Of a DNA stretch of 42,607 nucleotides, positions 17,429-24,278 are shown one piece after another; position 1 is the stretch's first letter, and each line of letters begins with the position of its first letter. The stretch is from positions 1 through 42,607 of the forward strand of contig JAUYHE010000006.1 of the NCBI GenBank assembly GCA_030690175.1, in the 5' to 3' direction. The stretch is from a bacterium (GTDB taxonomy: Bacteria > Patescibacteriota > Microgenomatia > Woykebacterales > RBG-16-39-9b). The notes below the pieces were generated by a model. That model ran no database searches and was not told the origin of the DNA. It saw nothing but the letters and a program-made list of their open reading frames with translations. Position numbers and translations under genes: made by a program.

Positions 17429-18458
17429 ATTTTCCTAAAGCGGTATAGGTATCGGCTTGGGCAAAAATTTTATTTCTGGGTGTCGGAAAATAATTGTAGA
17501 AGGCGTAACTGGCCACAAAAGCGCCATTATCAGTACACAGCTCTATTGGTGGGATGTAGGTTGGAACTGGGGATTTTTCTTTCAATTGCGAGCGCAGAGT
17601 TTGGTTGGCGGCTACACCACCAGCCAGAAGAAGCGATTTTACCTTATATATTTTCAAAGCCCGCAGGGTTTTCGTTACTAGGACCTCAATTATCGCTGCT
17701 TGGGTTGAAGCAGCTACATCCTCTTTTTTGTAGGACCCAGCTTCCGCTTGTCTTACTACCGCTGTTTTTAACCCACTGAAAGAAAAATCAAAATTTTTGC
17801 TGGCAATCATTGGTCTGGGGAGAGCGACTCTTTTTGGATCGCCGCTTTGTGCTAATTGCTGTATTGCTGGTCCTCCTGGATAGGAAAGACCAATAAACCG
17901 GGCAATTTTATCAAAAGCTTCCCCCGCGGTATCATCCCTTGTTTCGCCTATTAGTCTAAAGGAGTGGTGTCCTTCCATTAAAAATAGGTTGGTATGGCCA
18001 CCTGAAACCGTCAGTACCACTGTCGGAAACTCCGGGAAAGGTTGACCGGAAAGCCAATTGGCATAAACATGGGCAAGGGTGTGAACTACTGGCACAATGG
18101 GTTTATCCCAAACCCAGGCAAGAGTCTTTGCTACTTCCACACCAACTAGTAAACTGCCAATTAAACCCGGACCAACTGTTACTGCAATTGCGTCGAGATT
18201 TTCTCGCGCCCATTTAGTCGCCACGAAGTCTGCTTCAACTGCTTGACGATCATATCCCGCTGCATCAAAAACTGCCCTTTGAATCACTGGTATGATTGAT
18301 TTAGTCTGCTCTCTAGCAGCTATTTCGGGGATGATGCCCCCAGTCTTTGTGTGAATAGAGGCGGAACTTGCATAAATATTAGAAAGTAATTTGGAACCAT
18401 TCTCAACGATTGCCGCTGCAGTTTCGTCACAAGACGTTTCAATGCCTAGAATTTTCAT
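17400..18458 (-). CDS. tsaD: tRNA N6-adenosine threonylcarbamoyltransferase TsaD
   Basis: 352 aa with ILGIETSCDETAAA, HTLAHVYAN, VSGGHT and LAGGVAAN motifs. Confidence 0.95.
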   Translation of the reverse strand: MKILGIETSCDETAAAIVENGSKLLSNIYASSASIHTKTGGIIPEIAAREQTKSIIPVIQRAVFDAAGYDRQAVEADFVATKWARENLDAIAVTVGPGLIGSLLVGVEVAKTLAWVWDKPIVPVVHTLAHVYANWLSGQPFPEFPTVVLTVSGGHTNLFLMEGHHSFRLIGETRDDTAGEAFDKIARFIGLSYPGGPAIQQLAQSGDPKRVALPRPMIASKNFDFSFSGLKTAVVRQAEAGSYKKEDVAASTQAAIIEVLVTKTLRALKIYKVKSLLLAGGVAANQTLRSQLKEKSPVPTYIPPIELCTDNGAFVASYAFYNYFPTPRNKIFAQADTYTALGKYAKNIYRSS

Positions 18459-20245
18459 CTTCGGTCAAAAGATTTTGCTTCCTTTTCAAAGCGGGCCAAC
18501 AACTCTGCTAAAGACACCACCCCCTCATCGCCATTTTGCCAAGAACGAACAGCGACCTGGCGTTGCACTTTTTCCTTATCGCCAACGATTAGCATGTAGG
18601 GTATTTTTTGTAACTGGGCATCGCGGATTTTGGCTTGCATAGTTTCCGAACGATTGTCAACCTCAATATAGAAATTAGCCTTTGTTAACATTTTTTGAAT
18701 ACTTTCTGCATATTCAGCGTGTCTTTCGGCAATTGGAATGACGACAGCCTGCACTGGAGAAAGCCAAAACGGCAAAGCTCCGGCGTAGTGTTCTAAAATA
18801 ATCGCTAGAAAACGTTCAAATGATCCAAGAATCGCTCGATGAATCATAATTGGAGTCGCTCGCCGGCCCCCTTCGTCGATATAAACAGCGTTAAATCGTT
18901 TTGGCATCTGGAAATCTAGTTGAATCGTAGCAAGCTGCCAATTTCGTCCCAAACTATCATCAATATGCAGGTCAATTTTTGGGCCGTAAAACGCACCGTC
19001 CTTTGGCTTCAGAAAGTAAGCGACCTTATTATTTTTCAAAGCCTGCTCCAGACTTTTTTCCGCCTTTTCCCAGACAGATACTTCCCCTAAGGCTTTATCT
19101 GGTTTTGTTGCCAGATAAAAGGTAGGTTTAAAACCAAATGAGTTGAAAACTTCTTTCGCCATCTCGATCGCTTCACTAATTGCATCTCCTACTTGGTCTG
19201 GGGTGCAGAGAACGTGACCATCATCTTGCGAAAACTCACGGACGCGGAAAAGACCATTTAGGGTTCCCGATTCCTCATATCGATGTAAAATATCCAAATC
19301 GGAATATTTAAGCGGTAACTCATTGTGGCTGTGATGGGTGGTGTTATACAAAAGAAGAGTCTCAGGACAGTTCATCGGCTTTAAAGAGTAAGTGTGCTTA
19401 TCAGTATTAAAAACAAACATATCTTCTCGGAAAAGCTCCCAATGACCACTTGTTTCCCAAACCTCTCTTTTGGCTAAGAGCGGAGTAGATATCTCTAGAT
19501 AGCTGTACTTTTTATTAAAAGCGCGAATAAAATCTTTTAGTTTCTGTAAAAGCCGGTGACCTTTGGGGTACCAAAAAGGCATTCCTGGAGCCTGGGGAAG
19601 AAAAGTAAAAAGGCCAAGCTCACTACCAAGACGCTTATGATCTCTTTTCTTTTGCTCTTCCAGGTTGTGCAAGTACTGATCTAATTCCGGTTTTGTTTGC
19701 CAAACGACGCCGTAAATTCTGGTTAGCATCTTATTTTTCTCGGAGCCGCGCCAATAAGCCCCGGCTATAGTCAGCAACTTAAAGTGCCCAATTTTACCGC
19801 TTGAGGCTACATGCGGGCCGCGGCATAAATCTAAGAAGTCTCCTGTTCTGTAATAAGACACTTTCTTTACCTTACCTTTGGCGCTTTTTCCATCTTCAAC
19901 CCCGACATTTGTTTTGTGATCGACATCGGCGGAGCCGGTCTCCTTTATCTGCTCTAAAAGCGCTGCCTTATACAATTGACTCCTTCCCCGCTCCATCTTT
20001 ATCGCTTCGTCGATACCCATTTCACTTTTTTCGAAGGCTAGATCTTGCTTCTTTAACTCGCCCATTGCCGTTTCTATCTTTAGGAGGTCCTTTTCGCCTA
20101 TTTTGACGGGGAGATCGAAGTCGTAGTAGAAACCACTTTTCGTTACCGGACCGATACCAAATTTGGTTTTTGGCCACATTTTATATACAGCGGCGGCTAA
20201 AAGGTGGGCCGCTGAATGCCGTATTATTTCCAAAGAATCGTTCAT
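18455..20245 (-). CDS. thrS: Threonine--tRNA ligase (no N-terminal TGS domain)
   Basis: 596 aa. It starts at the editing-domain block LEIIRHSAAHLL, then RDHRKLG, class II motifs and a C-terminal anticodon-binding domain. Confidence 0.95.
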   Translation of the reverse strand: MNDSLEIIRHSAAHLLAAAVYKMWPKTKFGIGPVTKSGFYYDFDLPVKIGEKDLLKIETAMGELKKQDLAFEKSEMGIDEAIKMERGRSQLYKAALLEQIKETGSADVDHKTNVGVEDGKSAKGKVKKVSYYRTGDFLDLCRGPHVASSGKIGHFKLLTIAGAYWRGSEKNKMLTRIYGVVWQTKPELDQYLHNLEEQKKRDHKRLGSELGLFTFLPQAPGMPFWYPKGHRLLQKLKDFIRAFNKKYSYLEISTPLLAKREVWETSGHWELFREDMFVFNTDKHTYSLKPMNCPETLLLYNTTHHSHNELPLKYSDLDILHRYEESGTLNGLFRVREFSQDDGHVLCTPDQVGDAISEAIEMAKEVFNSFGFKPTFYLATKPDKALGEVSVWEKAEKSLEQALKNNKVAYFLKPKDGAFYGPKIDLHIDDSLGRNWQLATIQLDFQMPKRFNAVYIDEGGRRATPIMIHRAILGSFERFLAIILEHYAGALPFWLSPVQAVVIPIAERHAEYAESIQKMLTKANFYIEVDNRSETMQAKIRDAQLQKIPYMLIVGDKEKVQRQVAVRSWQNGDEGVVSLAELLARFEKEAKSFDRR

Positions 20246-20502
20246 TGCACGTTTTGAGATGGAATTGATTGTAAGATGTTACCGATGAAATCACCGATAA
20301 ATGGAATACTGTGAAGCTTGCTGACCAAAATTATCAAGACTGCGACTATCACTGTAGCTCCCAGTACTGTTCCCAAACCCCAAGCCAGCCCACCTAGAAA
20401 ATTATTTAAAATCACTTTCCAAGTTGAAATATGAATCCGGGTGTGTCCTCGCTGCGATCCTAGCTCGATATATTCTTTTTGCGCGTTATCGTTTTCGGCC
20501 AT
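20242..20502 (-). CDS. Small membrane protein (resembles DUF5665-type proteins)
   Basis: 86 aa counted from the ATG at 20502; the tracked N-terminal extension runs through tRNA-Val. Hydrophobic core FLGGLAWGLGTVLGATVIVAVLIIL. Its stop overlaps the thrS ATG (ATGA). Confidence 0.5.
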   Translation of the reverse strand: MAENDNAQKEYIELGSQRGHTRIHISTWKVILNNFLGGLAWGLGTVLGATVIVAVLIILVSKLHSIPFIGDFIGNILQSIPSQNVQ

Positions 20503-20514
20503 TTCAGAGTCTAC

Positions 20515-20591
20515 TGGTGGGCTGAAGAGGGCTCGAACCTCTGACCTCCGCGATGTCAACGCGACGCTCTAACCAGCTGAGCTACCAGCCC
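20515..20591 (-). tRNA. tRNA-Val (anticodon GAC)
   Basis: Manual cloverleaf: GGGCTGG/TCAGCCC acceptor, loop TTGACAT, GGTTCGAGCC T-arm, encoded CCA. It lies 4 nt after the clpP stop. Confidence 0.9.
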
Positions 20592-20595
20592 AAAA

Positions 20596-21255
20596 TTATT
20601 TTGTAATTTTTACCGGTTCTATGTTAATTGGAATTGGTGGCAATGCGTCCTTCTGAATTTTGGTTACTTGACCTTTGCCCCCTTCCACCACGCCGTCTAT
20701 TATACCGTACTTCTTGGCCTCACTACTAGTCATAAAGAAATCACGTTCAGTGTCTTTCTCTACCTGTTTGATGGGTTGTTTTGCTTCCCGAGACAAAATT
20801 TCGTTTAATTTTCTTTTAAGTTTTAGGATTTCGTCAGCGTGAATCTTAATATCAGTAGCTTGGCCGGAGATTTCGGTCATCGGCTGATGGATCATTATTT
20901 TTGAATTCGGTAGGGCAAAGCGTTTACCGCGTTTACCACCGGCCAAGATCACTGCTGCTCCGGAAGCGGCCATTCCCGCGCAAACAGTTTGTATATCCGG
21001 TCGCACGTATTTCATAGTGTCATAAATTGCTAATGTGCTGTGCACGTAACCACCCGGCGAGTTTATATAAATACTAATATCCTTCTCGCTGTTTTCATTT
21101 TCAAGGTACAGGAGTTCGGCAATGATAATATTTGCCGTTTCATCAGTAATCGCACCGCCAATAAAAATAATTCTTTCTTCAAGAAGCCGGCTGTAAATAT
21201 CATAGGCCCGCTCACCTCTTGGGTCGCGTTTTATAACCATTGGTATCAATTCCAT
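20596..21255 (-). CDS. clpP: ATP-dependent Clp protease proteolytic subunit
   Basis: 219 aa with [21 protein letters not shown] and the catalytic context GMAASGAA. Confidence 0.95.
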   Translation of the reverse strand: MELIPMVIKRDPRGERAYDIYSRLLEERIIFIGGAITDETANIIIAELLYLENENSEKDISIYINSPGGYVHSTLAIYDTMKYVRPDIQTVCAGMAASGAAVILAGGKRGKRFALPNSKIMIHQPMTEISGQATDIKIHADEILKLKRKLNEILSREAKQPIKQVEKDTERDFFMTSSEAKKYGIIDGVVEGGKGQVTKIQKDALPPIPINIEPVKITK

Positions 21256-21265
21256 AACAGGAGGA

Positions 21266-21274
21266 ATTATACCA
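21266..21274 (-). promoter_or_regulatory. Extended -10 promoter of clpP
   Basis: Minus strand: TGgTATAAT, then TCCTCCTGTT (10 nt), then ATG. There is no SD. Confidence 0.55.
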
Positions 21275-21308
21275 GATGCAGGCTAAGTTTTCTAGATTTT
21301 GAATTTCC

Positions 21309-21347
21309 AAAAGAAAAACCCCAGCCAGAGCCGCGTAACTGGGGCTG
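21309..21347 (-). terminator. Intrinsic terminator closing the GC-rich mini-locus
   Basis: Minus strand: AGCCCCAG-(14 nt)-CTGGGGTT hairpin, followed by TTTTTCTTTT. Confidence 0.65.
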
Positions 21348-21377
21348 AAATCGATCTCAAGTGACTTCCGGGTTTCT

Positions 21378-21638
21378 CTAATGAGCGACGGAGACTGGCA
21401 TCGGGCGAGATTCTGGTGGAGTGAACGGAACTCTCCCCAATCTCACCAGATCCATTTGGTGGCCAGTCAACCCTTGCAGATGGTCAAAAAGCTTGGCTTT
21501 CCGCTGCTCCAGGCGACGCCACTTCGGACTTCTGGGATGGATCTTCCCGGATTCAAGCTTCGCTTCGATAATGCCAAACTCTTCTCGATTCGCCCTGATT
21601 AGACGGTCGGTTTTGTCCAGAGAATCTGGAAATTGCAC
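21378..21638 (-). CDS. Hypothetical 86-aa protein in the GC-rich islet
   Basis: The GTG start is preceded by AGGAGG at a 7-nt spacing. The product is charged and helical-looking (LIRANREEFGIIEAKLESGK...RRLEQRKAKLFDHL). No family was recognised, and codon usage is much GC-richer than in the neighbours. Confidence 0.45.
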   Translation of the reverse strand: MQFPDSLDKTDRLIRANREEFGIIEAKLESGKIHPRSPKWRRLEQRKAKLFDHLQGLTGHQMDLVRLGRVPFTPPESRPMPVSVAH

Positions 21639-21639
21639 G

Positions 21640-21795
21640 TCAGGCCCTCCTCGAAGAAACGTCAGTGGTCATTGCCGGTGGAGTGCGGGGTGTTGTTATC
21701 CTTTCGGATGCTAGATCACCCTCAGTCGGTGGCTTGGAAGAACGATTTCGGTTTTCGCCTTGGCCTGTGAGTTCCGGGTCATCGGGATCAAGCAC
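21640..21795 (-). CDS. Possible 51-aa Pro/Thr/Asp-rich ORF
   Basis: GTG at 21795 lies 8 nt after AGGAG. The product is low-complexity, and its stop is 1 nt before the next ORF's GTG. It may be non-coding. Confidence 0.2.
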   Translation of the reverse strand: MLDPDDPELTGQGENRNRSSKPPTEGDLASERITTPRTPPAMTTDVSSRRA

Positions 21796-21851
21796 GGTTG
21801 CCGCTCCTTTCTTACTGATCATCTCTCCGACCGTGGGTATTAGATTTTTAA

Positions 21852-21923
21852 TGGGTTGTGAGGGATTCGAACCCACAACACCCTTGCACAAAACAAGACG
21901 CTCTACCATTGAGCTAACAACCC
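21852..21923 (-). tRNA. Aberrant tRNA-like gene (anticodon position reads UUG; no encoded CCA)
   Basis: GGGTTGTTAGCTCAATGGTAGAGCGTCTTGTTTTGTGCAAGGGTGTTGTGGGTTCGAATCCCTCACAACCCA folds as a cloverleaf. Position 37 is U, pair 50-64 in the T-stem is a U-U mismatch, and ATTAAA follows the acceptor instead of CCA. Confidence 0.55.
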
Positions 21924-21927
21924 AAAT

Positions 21928-22009
21928 TGGAGGTGGTAGGAATTGCACCTGCCTTGCCAGAAGGCGAAGTCCCCATAAGATAAAATCTTCTAATCAGCTT
22001 GGACCTCCA
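21928..22009 (-). other. 82-nt multi-hairpin element closed by a 7-bp stem
   Basis: TGGAGGT (21928-34) pairs with ACCTCCA (22003-09). Three local hairpins lie inside: GGTAGG/CCTGCC, CCTT/AAGG and AAGAT/ATCTT. It does not fit a tRNA (no D-arm). Confidence 0.4.
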
Positions 22010-22015
22010 GGCATC

Positions 22016-22035
22016 AAAAAACCCCCTGGCGGGGG
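22016..22035 (-). terminator. Intrinsic terminator
   Basis: Minus strand: CCCCC-GCCA-GGGGG followed by TTTTTT. Confidence 0.7.
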
Positions 22036-22149
22036 TTCTCGAAAACTTTATTTAAAAATACTTAGGTCGTTTCCCCCGCAACTATTCCCGCCTCCTTAAT
22101 AAGGAGTGCAAAGGACATATTGGTAATAAGGAAACGATATCTACCCATT
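22016..22149 (-). ncRNA. Candidate ~133-nt promoter-to-terminator transcript (leader, small RNA or leaderless 28-codon ORF)
   Basis: The predicted +1 at 22149/22148 coincides with an ATG (22148). That ORF, 22148-22062, encodes MGRYRFLITNMSFALLIKEAGIVAGETT. Internal pairing: TCGTTTCC/GGAAACGA and CTCCT/AGGAG. Confidence 0.3.
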
Positions 22150-22155
22150 GATGTT

Positions 22156-22184
22156 ATTTTAAAAATATAAGTTCCAGCTGTCAA
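22156..22184 (-). promoter_or_regulatory. Consensus promoter of the mini-locus
   Basis: Minus strand: TTGACA (22184-22179), 17 nt, TAAAAT (22161-22156). The -35 starts 4 nt after the upstream gene's stop. Confidence 0.65.
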
Positions 22185-22188
22185 GGGG

Positions 22189-23073
22189 CTACTTTATCGT
22201 TATCGAACCAGCAATGGATTCGATTTGAATGTCTATGCGGGTAAAGACTTTATCAAAATCGCCTGTCTTATAATCTCCATCTTCCTTTTTAAATCGAGGG
22301 GCAATCGCAAGGTTCTTCACTTTTGAGTCTATTTTAATTCTGGCCTCGACCTCCTCTGGTATTGATATTTTTAAGTTTGATGCCTTTGTTTTTATCCGGG
22401 CTCTTGTAGAATAAAGTTTTCCAAATTTTATATTCAAATCAGAGGCTTGCGAATTTACCTCTAAGTAGTCCACTCTTAGAGAGGCTAAATTTATTTGTTC
22501 TTTTGAAGCTACAGTGTTTATTTGAATTTCCAAGGGAATTTGGTTTGTTAAGAACAGATCCGTATTGTTTTTTAAGCTTGAAATAAACGGCAATCCCGGT
22601 GGCGAGCCTTGACTTATTCGGATAATTTTTTGGCCGAAAATTTCTTCCGTTGAAATTACCGGCTTGACAGCCGCCTTGCTAAAAGAGATATCACCGCTGA
22701 TTAATTTACTTGGATCGGGGCCATCCTTGATAGTTAAATTTGTAGCCGGCATGTCAATAAATATTTTTGCTTTAGTTAAGTTACCAAGTGGTTCGGAAAG
22801 TAGTAAGTGCGAAGTCGCTAGTGGGTTTTTAGTAATTGGGTTGACTGCAAAAATAATTGGAATAATGAAAATTATTACCAGTAAAATAATAGTTGTTTTT
22901 AGGGATATAGATTGACCAATTAAATATTCAATTCCGATTAGTATCAGAATTACCGGCCAGAATTTCCACAAGTTATTCCAAATCGACCAGGGCAAGACAC
23001 CAAAATTGTTTAGAAGGAAAACAGCCCCCAAAACAATTAAAATAATTGGCGCAAATCTAAATTTTTTTAGCAT
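22189..23073 (-). CDS. Membrane protein with LiaF-like N-terminal TM region and beta-rich C-terminal domain
   Basis: 294 aa with 3-4 N-terminal TM helices (FAPIILIVLGAVFLLNNFGVLP...) and then a repetitive beta-strand-like region. The family call is tentative. Confidence 0.4.
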   Translation of the reverse strand: MLKKFRFAPIILIVLGAVFLLNNFGVLPWSIWNNLWKFWPVILILIGIEYLIGQSISLKTTIILLVIIFIIPIIFAVNPITKNPLATSHLLLSEPLGNLTKAKIFIDMPATNLTIKDGPDPSKLISGDISFSKAAVKPVISTEEIFGQKIIRISQGSPPGLPFISSLKNNTDLFLTNQIPLEIQINTVASKEQINLASLRVDYLEVNSQASDLNIKFGKLYSTRARIKTKASNLKISIPEEVEARIKIDSKVKNLAIAPRFKKEDGDYKTGDFDKVFTRIDIQIESIAGSITIK

Positions 23074-23081
23074 CTAATTTA

Positions 23082-23110
23082 AGGATAATCTGGAAAACAA
23101 AGGCTGTCAA
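23082..23110 (-). promoter_or_regulatory. Promoter of the LiaF-like gene
   Basis: Minus strand: TTGACA (23110-23105), 17 nt, TATCCT (23087-23082). There are 8 nt to the ATG and no SD. Confidence 0.55.
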
Positions 23111-23127
23111 CGAAATGAAAAAATTAC

Positions 23128-23535
23128 TCACCGCAGCTTCGAGCTTTTAAATTTACCTGGTTGATAAGATTTTAGGCGGACAATTTTAATGCTTTTTAGA
23201 CGATGCCTACGCAAACACCTCTTCAACTTATTTATATTTGGTTTTTGATCATAACCAAGAGCAATTATACTGGGTTTATGGGTTCTAATCGTACGGTAAA
23301 AATTATGGGTACGGCTTCCTAAAATTGCTTTATCTACCAGCGGTGAATTTCTGACACGTCTTGTTCTTGTTTTTTCGGAGTGCTTTGGCGATTTACCTTT
23401 AGCCTCCTTTACAAATTTATCTCGGGCGACGACAACGATTAAGTACTTAGCCAACTTTTTTGCTTGACGGAAGAAATCTAAATGGCCGGCGTGGAGAATA
23501 TCAAAGGTACCAAATACCATTATTCTTCCCATCAA
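23128..23535 (-). CDS. Cytidylyltransferase-fold FMN adenylyltransferase, archaeal RibL-like
   Basis: 135 aa. FGTFDILHAGH (HxGH), VVVARD, VDKAILGS and ALGYDQ blocks match the RibL layout as I recall it. Confidence 0.6.
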   Translation of the reverse strand: MMGRIMVFGTFDILHAGHLDFFRQAKKLAKYLIVVVARDKFVKEAKGKSPKHSEKTRTRRVRNSPLVDKAILGSRTHNFYRTIRTHKPSIIALGYDQKPNINKLKRCLRRHRLKSIKIVRLKSYQPGKFKSSKLR

Positions 23536-24278
23536 ATTTCAATCTCCTGACCATCGTAAGCCACTTGGAAATTTGCTCCTTCCCTCTGAACGTATCCTTC
23601 CAGCTCGCGGTGAGGTAAGGTGCGATGTCCAATGTGGGTAAAGTAAATCTTTTTTGCCTTGAGCGTTTTGCCAAGACTTATCCCCTCCTTAATAGTTTGA
23701 TGGTTGCGAGATTTTATATTTAGCTCTGAACCATCCATAGCGATTAAGTCTGCTCCAGATAGCTCTTCTTGAGTGGCGGACGGAAGGGCTTTGAAATCCG
23801 GAGCCCAAAATAAACGTTTTGTCTTCTCCTTGATAGAGACTCCGAATGAAGACGTGGTGTGGTTTACCCTTAGCAACGACAGTTCTAACCCATCTACAAT
23901 TATTTTTTGGCCGTCCTTTAGAATTAAAATCTCGTATTCTTTGTAGAAAAACAGCTTTTTAATTTTTCGGTAGGTTTCTTCATTGAGAATTACTTTTATT
24001 TTTTCTGAATTGTATATATGGCCTAGGTCCCAAAGACCAAAAGTGTGATCTGGATGTTCGTGACTTATTGCTGCGTATTTAGTTTTAGTTGGATCAAGAC
24101 CAGGAGTTTTCAAATGTTGGTAAGTATCCGGTCCGATGTCGAGTAATAATTTATCGTTGACAATCGCTTGTGATCGGGTACGAGTATCTTTTGGGTCGGT
24201 TGACGAGCAGATTTTATCTTGGCAACCAAGTCTAGGCAAAGGCCAACCAGCGCTAGTTCCCAGAAATTTAATTTTCAT
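23532..24278 (-). CDS. MBL-fold metallo-hydrolase
   Basis: 248 aa with the HEHPDH (HxHxDH) motif and later His/Asp ligand positions. Confidence 0.75.
   Translation of the reverse strand: MKIKFLGTSAGWPLPRLGCQDKICSSTDPKDTRTRSQAIVNDKLLLDIGPDTYQHLKTPGLDPTKTKYAAISHEHPDHTFGLWDLGHIYNSEKIKVILNEETYRKIKKLFFYKEYEILILKDGQKIIVDGLELSLLRVNHTTSSFGVSIKEKTKRLFWAPDFKALPSATQEELSGADLIAMDGSELNIKSRNHQTIKEGISLGKTLKAKKIYFTHIGHRTLPHRELEGYVQREGANFQVAYDGQEIEI

Noticed and set aside
236-20106. Numerous 60-120-aa antisense or out-of-frame ORFs inside large genes (for example 236-454, 1179-1415, 5156-5344, 6480-6767, 7257-7508, 8950-9195, 10121-10985, 12721-14364, 17043-17779, 19801-20106).
   Set aside because: Each is fully nested in a confidently identified gene on the other strand or in another frame. 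None has a promoter or SD, and their compositions are typical of shadow ORFs.
21338-21425. Possible tmRNA. GGGGCTGAAATCGA on the plus strand resembles a tmRNA 5' end, and the minus strand contains ...CACTCCACCA.
   Set aside because: The two pieces are on opposite strands. There is no TTCGA-type T-arm next to the ACCA, no acceptor complement at the right distance, and no tag-like reading frame. GGGGCTG is better explained as the arm of the 21309-21347 terminator, and the CCACCA lies inside ORF-B (FTPPES).
21928-22009. The 82-nt closed multi-hairpin element read as a genuine (type II) tRNA.
   Set aside because: There is no room for a D-arm between the acceptor and the putative anticodon arm. 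The T-loop-like loop is TGCAATT rather than TTCRANY, the putative anticodon stem has a mismatch, and there is no CCA.
21926-22100. SRP RNA or RNase P RNA. TTCCCCCGCAACTATTCCCG resembles the 5' part of 4.5S RNA, and GGCGAAGTCC resembles GGAAAGUCC.
   Set aside because: There is no GGAA tetraloop with the flanking AGCAGC/GGUCAGG domain IV motif, no ACAGAA...GGCUUA P4 partner, and the length is too short for RNase P. The promoter and terminator orientation (minus strand) is also opposite to the resemblance.
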